Shown here: positions 27,641 through 37,570 of the stretch, piece by piece
How positions within the stretch are numbered: the stretch's first letter is position 1
How the letters are laid out: each line of letters opens with the position of its first letter
Source: Pseudomonadota bacterium
Lineage (GTDB): Bacteria; Bdellovibrionota_B; Oligoflexia; Oligoflexales; CAIMVM01
Reading direction: 5' to 3'
NCBI GenBank assembly: GCA_037142195.1
Contig: JBAXBA010000009.1
Coordinates: 1-64,000, forward strand
Length of the DNA stretch: 64,000 bases
Translations under genes and position numbers: made by a program
The notes under the pieces: generated by a model
What the model was told of the DNA's origin: nothing
The model's database searches: none
What the model saw: the letters and a program-made list of their open reading frames with translations, nothing else

Positions 27641-29182
27641 ATGAGATATATAACATTAACGAAGAAGATGATTAGTTTATTTGTACTGCCTTATCTGGTC
27701 GGAGGATGCGGAAGCTCTACGACGATTCAGGCGAAAAGGCCAACTCAAAAAGTCGAAGCGCCAGCACAAACGCCAACACCAACACCAGAAGCCCTTCAAG
27801 ACGAAAAGGCTGCGTTTGCTCTTTTAGGGCAAGGAAGCAATTCGTTTAGTGGGTGGGTTGCCGTCGGAAGCTGTATTATTGGCGATCTTCCTTCCTCGAA
27901 TGTTCTAGGAAAAAAATATGAGACTCCTGAATACGCTGGCGATGGCCAATCTATTAGTTTTAAAAGTTCAGAAGTATCTTCAACCCAAGAATTGAGAAAA
28001 AGATCCGAACTGAGTTTGGAAGCCAAGGGTAGCTCTGGATTTACTTCAGGAAAAGCTAAGGCATCTTTTATAGAAACTGTAGATCTTAAACAAGAAGACA
28101 TCAATATTTTCTATTATGTTAAGGTGGTCAATCCTGAAGTCAAAATGAGTAATGTTAAGCTTAGCCCAGAGGCCTTGGACTTACTAGAAAAACAGGGGCC
28201 AGCGGCGCTCTATAAGCGTTGTGGAGATGAGGCGATTATTGGCTACCAAACAGGCGGTGAGCTTCTTTCTATGATTCAGATAAGTAAAAGAGACAAAACA
28301 AATACAAGTAGTGTGGCGGCTGCTGCTGAAGCCTCAGGTGTAAAGTTTTCCATAAATGGCAAAATCCAAGTGGACGAATCTAACAAAAAGAACGACCTCA
28401 AAGTGGACGTGGCTGGAACATATATTGGCGGAAAAGGGGAAAAAATTAAAACAAACGTTACTGAATTTAGAGATCAAGCGGAGGACTGGGCAAAGGTCGT
28501 GGCTCAACATGGAGTGGTGCTCAACCTCGTCAAGGTAAAATACTCTGAATTAGCCGCTGGGGCAATAGATCCACAATTAGTTAAAATGCAAGATTTTATG
28601 AATGACTTAGATAAACAATATGATCTCTTAGGTGACTATGTAGAACAAATTAATAATGAAATGGGACACGTTTCGGATTTAGAACTACAAGAGCGCTATT
28701 CTAAAGCAAAGGCTGATGCCACTAAATTAAAAGGTGAAATCACTGATAAGTTGATTAGCTGCAAAAGTCTACTTGATGTTGAACACTGCGTTGATACTGA
28801 ACTAACTAAGAAAGTTGATTTATTTGGAACAAACCTTTTCGAGAAGCGTGTGGATCCTAGTTGTGGCGTTGCTACTTGGAAGCCGATACAAAATTTTTCA
28901 TGTGGATCTCATGACATCGCGGTGCCTAAATTCAATTTCCCCCCATGCGGCGTCGAGAGTTATAACGCAAAGGATGAACCCAAGTGTCGCAAGGTGGGAC
29001 TAGAAGGAGGACTAAATGCCGGAGAAACGGTTTGTGATCACCACTACGTGGAGCGACCAGAGTATGGAGTGAAAAAATATAAGGACTGCATGATCAATGA
29101 ACTAGAAGCCAATACATGCCGTTTAGAAGGCGGTCAACCAGAAACCTTTAAAGAATGCGTCCTTATTAAACCAAAAACCTAA
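27641..29182 (+). CDS. Putative lipoprotein with MACPF/CDC-like pore-forming domain, helical linker and Cys-rich C-terminal repeats
   Basis: AAGGAG RBS; leader LVGGC; LGQGSNSFSG; YKRCGDEAIIGYQTGGEL (MACPF-signature-like); CGV/CGS repeats. ORF is solid; family call is by eye. Confidence 0.65.
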   Translation: MRYITLTKKMISLFVLPYLVGGCGSSTTIQAKRPTQKVEAPAQTPTPTPEALQDEKAAFALLGQGSNSFSGWVAVGSCIIGDLPSSNVLGKKYETPEYAGDGQSISFKSSEVSSTQELRKRSELSLEAKGSSGFTSGKAKASFIETVDLKQEDINIFYYVKVVNPEVKMSNVKLSPEALDLLEKQGPAALYKRCGDEAIIGYQTGGELLSMIQISKRDKTNTSSVAAAAEASGVKFSINGKIQVDESNKKNDLKVDVAGTYIGGKGEKIKTNVTEFRDQAEDWAKVVAQHGVVLNLVKVKYSELAAGAIDPQLVKMQDFMNDLDKQYDLLGDYVEQINNEMGHVSDLELQERYSKAKADATKLKGEITDKLISCKSLLDVEHCVDTELTKKVDLFGTNLFEKRVDPSCGVATWKPIQNFSCGSHDIAVPKFNFPPCGVESYNAKDEPKCRKVGLEGGLNAGETVCDHHYVERPEYGVKKYKDCMINELEANTCRLEGGQPETFKECVLIKPKT

Positions 29183-29238
29183 GGACGACAATTCGCTCAG
29201 GCGTTATTTCCTTAAGCAGCAATCTCAATAGACTTTTT

Positions 29239-30240
29239 TTAATAAACATAGGGCGGGAGGTTAGGAATACACCTCTCGCCACTGCTTAATCTACCCCAAA
29301 TCCAGGCCATATCGTCTGGAAGAGGTGATTCTACTGCAGTGAGCTTCTTGGTTTCGGGATTGGTAAATTCCACAAAAGCGGCATGCAAACACATTCTTGG
29401 TGCCCGAACATGCTCTAAAACGAATTCGTCATAACCTGTGTCAAGATACTTAAGAAAAACATGCTCATTGGGGTGATATCTAGGATCGCCGACAAGGGGC
29501 AAACCAGCAAATGAGGAATGAATCCGAATTTGATGAGTTCTCCCCGTTTTAGGTGAAGCATGTAAAAGGCAAAATCCATCGGTGGAATCTAGAACTTCGA
29601 ATTCCGTATGGGAGGGAAGACCGTCTTCTGTTACCCATCTCTTTTCTCTAAAAATGGTTTCCGAAGTCATACCAATGGGACCATGCTCTGACCACCGATC
29701 TAACTTTGAGTTGCCGATAGCAATGGCTATATAATGTTTTTTGAGAGTTCTTTTCCGCAGCTCGGCAGAAAGCTTTTCTCGAAGCTCCGGTGTAGCACCA
29801 CACATCACAATACCACTTGTGTCTCGATCCAAGCGATGAACAGCTGACCACTCTTTGCCAAAAGTATCGCAAACAACATCAAAAAAAGTATTCTTATGGT
29901 ACCTTCCACCTTCATGCATGGGGATATTTGAGGGCTTATAGATAGCCATAATTCCGCCCCAACGGGCAATAGCATGGACGTTTGTATTGATGTCTGGTTC
30001 GGACTGTTCAGGTCGATAGTAAGAGATTTGATCGCCTTGCCGCAATCTGTAGCTCGGCCCAACCGAGTTGGTTTCAATCCGAACTTCACCTGACTCTAGG
30101 CGTTTCTGCCATTGATTGCGAGTATGAAAGGGAAAATTTCTCGCCAAGAAAGAATCTATCCTGAGACCACTTGCATTGCGATCAAGGCGCGGACCCAAAG
30201 GACGATATTCGATATCTTCTTCAATCTCACCTTCGATCAT
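29239..30240 (-). CDS. RluA/RluD family pseudouridine synthase
   Basis: S4-like N-terminus, KPSNIPMH, HRLDRDTSG, TGRTHQIRIH, GDPRY, LHA. Confidence 0.93.
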   Translation of the reverse strand: MIEGEIEEDIEYRPLGPRLDRNASGLRIDSFLARNFPFHTRNQWQKRLESGEVRIETNSVGPSYRLRQGDQISYYRPEQSEPDINTNVHAIARWGGIMAIYKPSNIPMHEGGRYHKNTFFDVVCDTFGKEWSAVHRLDRDTSGIVMCGATPELREKLSAELRKRTLKKHYIAIAIGNSKLDRWSEHGPIGMTSETIFREKRWVTEDGLPSHTEFEVLDSTDGFCLLHASPKTGRTHQIRIHSSFAGLPLVGDPRYHPNEHVFLKYLDTGYDEFVLEHVRAPRMCLHAAFVEFTNPETKKLTAVESPLPDDMAWIWGRLSSGERCIPNLPPYVY

Positions 30241-30723
30241 AGGGCCCCTTAAGATAACACTGGCAAGTCACTCGCAAGAGCCTATGCGATACCTCAGGCT
30301 TCATTTTTTGTCCAAGACTTTCCAGTTTCTAGGATTAGCCCTGCGAACTCTTGGTAGCATTTCCCCTGCGAAAGGAGGGCCTGCTTCCAAACGGAGGCTT
30401 TTTCTATTCCCTTGAGAAGGTCTACTTTGCTTCTAGCTTGAAGATTCATTTCGGCTTATAGGCGCTATTTCCAGCAAAAATATCAGCCCCTTAAGAAGAA
30501 GAGATGCAGTTAAAGGTGGCCAAGTAACTTCCCCTTGTGCGCTTTCCATTCCTGTCCTTTTGGCCCGCCAAAGTAGACTGCCGTTCCATGCGTACGACCT
30601 ATCGATGAAAAAGATCAACAGGAAAAGATGCGACATCCTTAATTTATGAAAACTGCAAAATTGAGTTTGCAATAAGTCCGTTGTGGTTTATGTTTTTTCT
30701 TTACTTATCGGGGAGATAGAGAT

Positions 30724-31176
30724 TTGAAAAACAAAAAACTCGTGTCCATTTTGGCCGGCATCGTGATATTCATTGGAATCATTTACGCTGCGGTAAACTT
30801 TGCTGAAAAACCGTCCCTTGTTGTAAAAGTAGTACCCACCCTATCTGAAGAAGTAAAGTCATTAGCAACGCACCATAGTGTAGTCTATGTGACTCTTTTT
30901 GATGAGACGACACCCATGCCTTATGCGGCCATGCGAGAGGTTATAAGTGTAGGGTCAGAAGGAAAATTGAGGGATATTTTAGTAACTGAAGAGAAAATTC
31001 AAGTAATGAACCCTTCGCGGCCTAGGCCAAGCTCCATGAGAGTTAAGGTTAGATTGGATGCGGATGGCTCTGCCGGCCCTGATCAACCCGGCGACATAAC
31101 TGGAGAGACCAGGGGGATAACATGGGGGCAAGAAGCTCAGGCCCAAGTTTTGCTAGATAAGTTTATTGTGGAATAG
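30724..31176 (+). CDS. Membrane-anchored protein resembling the CcmI/CycH C-terminal Ig-like domain
   Basis: N-terminal TM; VYV...PMPYAA ... VKVRLDADGSA ... PGDITG pattern. Confidence 0.55.
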   Translation: MKNKKLVSILAGIVIFIGIIYAAVNFAEKPSLVVKVVPTLSEEVKSLATHHSVVYVTLFDETTPMPYAAMREVISVGSEGKLRDILVTEEKIQVMNPSRPRPSSMRVKVRLDADGSAGPDQPGDITGETRGITWGQEAQAQVLLDKFIVE

Positions 31177-31189
31177 AGGCTTATTTATT

Positions 31190-31678
31190 TTAAGCTTCAA
31201 AGGTTCCAAAGATAAGTTCTTCAATCTCGACCTCTATATCTCCGGCGGGCCGATAGATGGTCACGGAATCCCCGACTTTCTTGCCAAGTAGAGCTTTGGC
31301 AACTGGAGATTTCCAAGAAACTGCTGATTGGTGAAACTCTGTTTCACCCTCTCCTACTATTGTGTATTTTTTCTTCTCTCCTTGCTCCGTAAGAACTACC
31401 ACAGTCGAGCCAAAGATCACGCGTTCGCCAGATATTTTATCTTGATCAATAATTTGCGTATCTTTTAGCAAAGCATCAAGATACCGCAGTCGACGATCTA
31501 ATTCCCTGAGACGCTTTCTACCATAAATGTACTCTGCATTTTCAGACCTATCTCCTTCTGCAGCCGCTATTTGGATTCCCTCCAAAACCTTAGGCCTTTC
31601 CGTTCGCGCTAAGAATTCGTGTTCGTCGGCCATTTTACTATGTCCGAGCTTGGTCACTGGTTTACTTAGAACAGCCAT
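31190..31678 (-). CDS. greB: Transcription elongation factor GreB
   Basis: AAAEGDRSENAEYIYGRKRLRELDRRLRYL, VIFGSTV, SWKSPVAKALLGK. Confidence 0.88.
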   Translation of the reverse strand: MAVLSKPVTKLGHSKMADEHEFLARTERPKVLEGIQIAAAEGDRSENAEYIYGRKRLRELDRRLRYLDALLKDTQIIDQDKISGERVIFGSTVVVLTEQGEKKKYTIVGEGETEFHQSAVSWKSPVAKALLGKKVGDSVTIYRPAGDIEVEIEELIFGTFEA

Positions 31679-31679
31679 T

Positions 31680-32744
31680 TCAATTTTCCTCGCCATTTAG
31701 AAACTGGTGGGCCTGATAGGCAGTATGAACTAGCATTTGATCTTCATCAACACTTAGACATTTAATGGCCTCAGGAAGCCTTGGATCTCCTAATGCAGCC
31801 ATGGCAATAAATGCGTTTCTTCTGAGTCCGTTTCGTTTGGCCCTAGTCATCGGGGTTCCTCCAAACCACTGCTCATAGCTAAGCTGACTCATTCGTACCA
31901 GGTCAAATAAATCTCTCTCTGCGTCGAACTTGAGTGCCATGGGAGATCCCGGCTTCGCAGCGCGATTGTAAGGACAGATATTTTGACAAATATCACATCC
32001 ATACCAATATTTTGAAAAATGTTTCCAAAATTTTAGAGGTATTAGGGAGCGATGCTCAATAGTCAAATAGGAAAGACATTTAGAGGCATCAAGAACATAG
32101 TCTTTATCTAAAGCACCTGTTGGACAGTAAACCTGACACCTGCGACAGGTTCCACAGCCCCCGTTAGGGGTTCTAACGTCAGGCTCTAGGGGCTTCACTG
32201 GTGTCGGCTCCAAGGGGCAACTCGTCAATATTTCCATCAAAAGATACCAACTACCTCTTTGAGGATGAATCACCATCGTATTTTTACCGACAAAGGCTCC
32301 GGTAAAATCTGCATGAAGAGAGCGCTCAAAAAGTGGAATGGAATCCGAGACAGGACGCCATTTATAGAGGCCTTCAGGATCAAGCCGAGACTTGAGAGCT
32401 TCGCAAATAGAATTACCAGTTCGGCTCACAAACTTATGATAGTCTTCATATCGAGCATAAGAAGCTACTTTCGAGACGCTTTCTAGTCCTTCCCGTTGTG
32501 TACTTGATTGGGAAATGAAGTAGGGAATGCCAATCAAAATGGCGCGATTGCAGGTTGCTTCTACCAAGGAAGGATCGCGTCTTTGTGGCAAATGATTTTC
32601 TAGCCATTTCATCGAAGCGTGATTTTTCTTTGAAATCCAGTTAGTAAATCTTTCAAATGTTACTAAATCTTCTTTTAGGGCAGCAATTCCCCAGAGCTCG
32701 CAATTATGAGACTCTACGATGGAACCTATCGCCTCCATCGTCAT
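31680..32744 (-). CDS. queG: tRNA epoxyqueuosine reductase
   Basis: YARYEDYH, GKNTMVIHP..GSW, CGTCRRCQVYCPTGAL, CLSYLTIE, GCDICQNICPYN. Confidence 0.93.
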   Translation of the reverse strand: MTMEAIGSIVESHNCELWGIAALKEDLVTFERFTNWISKKNHASMKWLENHLPQRRDPSLVEATCNRAILIGIPYFISQSSTQREGLESVSKVASYARYEDYHKFVSRTGNSICEALKSRLDPEGLYKWRPVSDSIPLFERSLHADFTGAFVGKNTMVIHPQRGSWYLLMEILTSCPLEPTPVKPLEPDVRTPNGGCGTCRRCQVYCPTGALDKDYVLDASKCLSYLTIEHRSLIPLKFWKHFSKYWYGCDICQNICPYNRAAKPGSPMALKFDAERDLFDLVRMSQLSYEQWFGGTPMTRAKRNGLRRNAFIAMAALGDPRLPEAIKCLSVDEDQMLVHTAYQAHQFLNGEEN

Positions 32745-33616
32745 AGAGAGCTGTCTTTTCTTAAAGGATTTCCTATCCAAGCGGCTGTTGCCTCGTAAAG
32801 ATCCTCAAAATCTAGATGAGAGTTCCACCAAATTTTCTGGCTTTGTCGCGCCTGTTCTACAAGCATAGGAAGTCCATCGGTAAACCTAGGGAAATAAGCT
32901 GCAGCTCTTTCAAAAATACCGGAAGACCTAGCTCCGTAATTTAAATCATAAAATACAATTTCCCGCGGTAAACTTATAAGTTGATCTGAGGTCATAATCG
33001 GTGCAGTCGCAGGTGATTTGGGCATCGCATTAACAACGATGGCTTGGGGAGGCAAGATAGATCTGAAATCCTCAAAATCACAATAGAAGTTTGGTTTTAT
33101 GCCAACCTTCATGCAATACTCTTTCACTCGCAAGGCCCGGGCAGATTCTTCTGATCTCGATAAGATATTGATTTGCAAGGAAGCCTGATCCTTGGGTTTT
33201 ATAAGCTGCCAATACTCGATGATGCTTAGAACTGCTCCACCGCAACCGACAAAGTTAAGCACTTGCATTTGAGACCGGGCTACTTTCATTTGTAGAAGTC
33301 CCCTTTCAAATCCTGGGCCATCCGTCGAGGTCCCACAAACAAGACCGTTTTTAACATAAATGGTATTTACCGCCGACCGGTCATAAACATCTAAAAATCT
33401 AAGAATCTCCGATTTGAACGGAATGGTTATATTAAAACCATGCCACCTTCCAAGTCTAAGGTCGGCGATTAATGGACCAAGTTGACTTGCATCTGTTATA
33501 TCAAGAAGATCATACGAACACGCCACTTGACTCAGGTTCGCGCCAATCTTATGAATCCCAGGCGAATAGCTTTGGGAAATGCCTTTTCCAATCAAGCCCA
33601 ATTTCAGCATAATCAT
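32741..33616 (-). CDS. aroE: Shikimate dehydrogenase
   Basis: SYSPGIH, GFNITIPFK, AVNTI, TDGPGF, YDLNY, DGLPMLVEQA. Confidence 0.9.
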   Translation of the reverse strand: MIMLKLGLIGKGISQSYSPGIHKIGANLSQVACSYDLLDITDASQLGPLIADLRLGRWHGFNITIPFKSEILRFLDVYDRSAVNTIYVKNGLVCGTSTDGPGFERGLLQMKVARSQMQVLNFVGCGGAVLSIIEYWQLIKPKDQASLQINILSRSEESARALRVKEYCMKVGIKPNFYCDFEDFRSILPPQAIVVNAMPKSPATAPIMTSDQLISLPREIVFYDLNYGARSSGIFERAAAYFPRFTDGLPMLVEQARQSQKIWWNSHLDFEDLYEATAAWIGNPLRKDSSL

Positions 33617-33847
33617 CTTTCCATGCTAAAAAACAACACACTCTCGTTTAGAGAAAAATAGTAGTCGCAGGTCCTAACCCATCATTGTTAGGCTAATAAC
33701 TTATGCTAATCCATGAATATATGAGCTTTTTAACGACTATTTCCTCGTCGAAATAGGACTACTACTGTATCTTGGCTGTTCTGAGAAGCAATAGTTTGCT
33801 AACTATTTAGAAACGCAAGGCATGAGGGTTGTGCTATTTCTAAAGAT

Positions 33848-34840
33848 ATGTTTGACAAGATTAAATTATGCTATGATTACAGAAACTTACCTGAAAGTCC
33901 GGGGTTTAAAAAGCGTATAGTTGCCATAGGTAATTTTGATGGCCTCCATTTGGGTCATCGTTATCTTTTGGACAAGATGGTGGCCTATGCCCGCGAGCAA
34001 GGCCTGTCTCCCGCAGTCTTAACATTCCATCCCAATCCTGCCGAGTGGTTTAAGGCTAAACACTTTGCGGGATATATCTTTAATACCAATCAAAAAATGC
34101 GAGCCCTAGGTGAGTCGCATATCGAACTTGTCCTTAATCAAAACTTTGATCATGCATTTTCTAATCTCAGTCCGAATGAGTTTATGAATGAAGTCCTCAT
34201 AAAGGCTCTAAATGCGCATGTCGTCGTCGTTGGCGACGACTTTCGGTTTGGAAAAAATAGATCTGGAAACGCTTCGGATTTGGCGCATTTCTTTTCTGAC
34301 TTGGGCCGCAAGGTCGTTTCTGTAGAGCTGCTGACTAACGGTGGCCAAACAGCTTCAAGCACATTTATTAGAAAATCTCTAGAAAGTGGAGACTTAGACG
34401 CCGCTTCTAAGGCTCTTGGCCATTCTTTTGTGATTGAAGGAGAGGTTATCCACGGACGAAAACTGGCGAGGTCATTAGGATTTCCAACCGCTAATATAAG
34501 CCTTGGAAACTATGTAAAGCCTAAATTTGGGGTCTATGGCGGTAGAGTTGTCATTCATGAGAGCGAACGTGATTTAGGATTGATTCATCAGAATTCAAAC
34601 GCACATTTGGCCGCCATAAATATCGGGGTCAAGCCCACCATTAGCGAAGTCCCATTACCCACTGTTGAAGTTCATCTCATTAATTTAGAAATGGATAGGG
34701 ATTATCTGTATGGCAAAAGAATATCCGTTTTTCCCGAAGTATATATTCGAGAAGAGCGTAAATTCTCGTCTTTAGAGGAATTGACTAAGCAGATTGGTCA
34801 GGATGTGAAACAAATAAAATCCTTGCTATTGGGTCCTTGA
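33848..34840 (+). CDS. ribF: Bifunctional riboflavin kinase/FAD synthetase
   Basis: IGNFDGLHLGH, VGDDFRFG, SSTFIR, LGFPTANI, GVY, NIGVKPT, EVH. Confidence 0.95.
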   Translation: MFDKIKLCYDYRNLPESPGFKKRIVAIGNFDGLHLGHRYLLDKMVAYAREQGLSPAVLTFHPNPAEWFKAKHFAGYIFNTNQKMRALGESHIELVLNQNFDHAFSNLSPNEFMNEVLIKALNAHVVVVGDDFRFGKNRSGNASDLAHFFSDLGRKVVSVELLTNGGQTASSTFIRKSLESGDLDAASKALGHSFVIEGEVIHGRKLARSLGFPTANISLGNYVKPKFGVYGGRVVIHESERDLGLIHQNSNAHLAAINIGVKPTISEVPLPTVEVHLINLEMDRDYLYGKRISVFPEVYIREERKFSSLEELTKQIGQDVKQIKSLLLGP

Positions 34841-35355
34841 TTTCAGAGATTTTATATGAACTTTATATACCGCTTTCTCTAGAACCAACTCATAACGTGA
34901 GGTCTCGACTTAATTTGAAAGGGCGTCGGAAGCAATTTTTTAGCTTCATTTAGGCACTCACCAACCGCACTTCATCTTCTTTTAGCCCCTCGACTTTTAG
35001 CCCCAAAAACGACCTTGTTTTTGGCCCCTTCATTTTGCGTATCATCAAATAGTTATGCTTTTTTGATTGGGTAAAGCGAATTTGCCTATACACAGTAGAC
35101 AAATGAGTGATCTGTAAGTTTAGGGAGTTACAAATGCGATCGCGTGAACTATGCTCCCTTAAGAAAGCGAATTCGCAAGGATTCTATGAAGAAATTTAGA
35201 AAGCGCCCAAACAGTTTTTTGAAAAGTTGGCGCGCTTCCTTAAATGGAAATCTCGCTGACACTTGGGAGGAAAAAAAGACCTCGAAGGCGTTCTTTATAT
35301 TAGAATTTAGGCGACATAGACTGGAAAGAATACAATTATACTACTGGGAAATATA

Positions 35356-37566
35356 ATGGAAAAACTGACCGAAACCTCTGAATATAATCGCTCCGAACTA
35401 TTTTTAAACAGAGAGCTCAGTTGGGTTGATTTTAATGCACGCGTCCTAGAAGAGGCACTTTCAAGCTCTGTTCCCACACTAGAGCAGGTTAAATTTCTAT
35501 CTATTTTCTCTTCAAATCAAGATGAATTCTTTATGGTTCGAGTTGCAGGCCTCTTAAAGATGCATCGAGAGGGACTTTCTATTTGTGAATCTCCCGACGA
35601 GCTTGAAATTCAAAAAGCACTGAATCTCATTCAATCTAAAACAGCGACCTTGATTGAGAAGCAGTACAAGCATTTGACACATGAAATTTTACCAGCGTTA
35701 GCTAAGCTAAATGTGAGATTAGTACCTTGGGAAGAGACATCAGAGGACGAAAGAAAAGTCTTAACCCACTATTTTATAGACAACATTCTTCCCATTCTTA
35801 CCCCCTTGGCGGTGGATGAGTCCCATCCTTTCCCTTTTCTGAATAATCTTTCTCTCTATTTAGTCCTAACATTTAGAGAAATGGACACCTTAGGAAAACA
35901 TCGCATTGGATTTGTCCGCGTCCCCGCAGTTCTTTCTAGGTTTGTGAAATTAGAATCTAGAGCTGGCCACCAATTTCTCCTTTTAGAAGAACTTATTATC
36001 CATCATCTAGACAAACTTTTTTTAGGCGCTCACGTGGACACTGTTCATCCTATTCGGGTCACGAGAAGTCTTGACTATAGCCTCTTAGAGAATAAAGTCG
36101 TAGACCTCCTGAAGACCATGGAAAAAGAGATTTTAGACACCAGAAATCAACAGGCTGTTCGTCTTGAGGTCGATGAATCCCTTCCCCTCGAGGTTTTAGA
36201 CCTCTTTAGATCTAAGTTGAAAATCAATGGCTTGTTTATTTATCGGCTCAATGGCCCCCTAGCCCTAGATCAATTTATGGCACTCTATAATCTTCCCTTT
36301 CCAGAACTGAAAGATGGACAATTTAATCCGCGACTGCCTGCTAGAATGTCGGCTGATGAAAGTATATTTAGTATCATTACCAAAGGCGATATGCTTGTTC
36401 ATCATCCCTACGAGAGCTTTTATGCGGTCACAGAGTTTATTCAAGCGGCGGCGGAAGATCCCAATGTTCTTGCCATCAAGCAAACACTTTACCGAAGCGC
36501 TGGCGATTCTCCTGTAATTGAATCCCTTATCCGTGCCGCCGAAGAAGGAAAACAGGTCACTGCGGTTATTGAGCTCAAAGCCAGATTTGATGAAAAAAAC
36601 AACATCGTTTGGGCCAAACGCCTGGAAGCGGCGGGAGTTCATGTCGTGTACGGTTTCGTGGGATTGAAAACCCACGCTAAGATGGCTCTTGTTGTCCGCA
36701 AAGAAGGCACCAAGATGGCAAGGTATATGCATCTAAGCACAGGAAACTACAACGCTAAAACTGCGAAGCTCTATACGGATGTGAGCCTCTTTACCAAAGA
36801 TCAAAAAATTGGAGAAGATGTATCCACGATTTTCAATATGCTTACAGGCTTTAATCATATTACAGAATATAAGAACAATCCGGCGATCCTGCCCAAATTG
36901 AATAAACTCCTGATTGCGCCTGTGCAACTTAGGGAAAAAATTATCAGTTTGATTTCTGATGAAATTTTAGCGCACAAGCAAAAAGGCGGGGGTCTTATCT
37001 TCGCCAAAATGAACGCCCTGGCTGATCGGGCTATCATTGCGGAACTTTATCGGGCAAGCGCGGCAGGTGTGAAAGTCAATCTTATAGTGAGAGGCATCAA
37101 CTGCCTGAAAGTTGGAATTCCTGGAGTTAGCGAGAATATTCGAGTTATTTCGGTAATCGATCGCTTTCTAGAGCATTCTCGACTTTACTATTTCGGTGCT
37201 ACCGATCGTGCATTTATAGGTAGCGCGGATCTCATGACACGAAATATGGACATGCGCATTGAGCTTTGGTTTCCGGTCGAAGACAAGTCCATCAAAGATC
37301 GCATGGTCAATGAAATTCTATCCACCTCCTGGTCAGATAATGTAAAAGCGCGGGAAATGCAGGCTGACGGCAACTATATATTGCGCACTCCTGAGCCAGG
37401 ATCCCCTGCCATAAGGTCCCAAGGTCTCTTCATACAAATCGCACGCTCAGGCGGCATTAAATCTCTTCCCTATGAGACAGCACTTCGATATAACAGAACA
37501 CGTAAAGAAAAGCAGCGCCCAGTATTGATAGGCGAAAAGGTGTCTAAGAAAAAAACTAAGGAGTGA
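35356..37566 (+). CDS. ppk1: Polyphosphate kinase 1
   Basis: NRELSWVDFNARVL, DEFFMVRVAGL, HHPYESF, KQTLYR, ELKARFDE, KTHAK, DRFLEHSR. Confidence 0.97.
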   Translation: MEKLTETSEYNRSELFLNRELSWVDFNARVLEEALSSSVPTLEQVKFLSIFSSNQDEFFMVRVAGLLKMHREGLSICESPDELEIQKALNLIQSKTATLIEKQYKHLTHEILPALAKLNVRLVPWEETSEDERKVLTHYFIDNILPILTPLAVDESHPFPFLNNLSLYLVLTFREMDTLGKHRIGFVRVPAVLSRFVKLESRAGHQFLLLEELIIHHLDKLFLGAHVDTVHPIRVTRSLDYSLLENKVVDLLKTMEKEILDTRNQQAVRLEVDESLPLEVLDLFRSKLKINGLFIYRLNGPLALDQFMALYNLPFPELKDGQFNPRLPARMSADESIFSIITKGDMLVHHPYESFYAVTEFIQAAAEDPNVLAIKQTLYRSAGDSPVIESLIRAAEEGKQVTAVIELKARFDEKNNIVWAKRLEAAGVHVVYGFVGLKTHAKMALVVRKEGTKMARYMHLSTGNYNAKTAKLYTDVSLFTKDQKIGEDVSTIFNMLTGFNHITEYKNNPAILPKLNKLLIAPVQLREKIISLISDEILAHKQKGGGLIFAKMNALADRAIIAELYRASAAGVKVNLIVRGINCLKVGIPGVSENIRVISVIDRFLEHSRLYYFGATDRAFIGSADLMTRNMDMRIELWFPVEDKSIKDRMVNEILSTSWSDNVKAREMQADGNYILRTPEPGSPAIRSQGLFIQIARSGGIKSLPYETALRYNRTRKEKQRPVLIGEKVSKKKTKE

Positions 37567-37570
37567 TTTC

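Noticed and set aside
24926..29238. attR duplication of the tRNA-Leu 3' end
   Set aside because: No second copy or integrase found by eye, so island status rests on gene content only
30241..30723. Small ORFs or an ncRNA in the rluA divergent intergenic region
   Set aside because: Several overlapping 50-80-aa ORFs with no motif or clear RBS; no recognisable RNA family
35144..35356. 70-aa ORF before ppk1
   Set aside because: GTG start without RBS and no recognisable family; overlaps predicted hairpins
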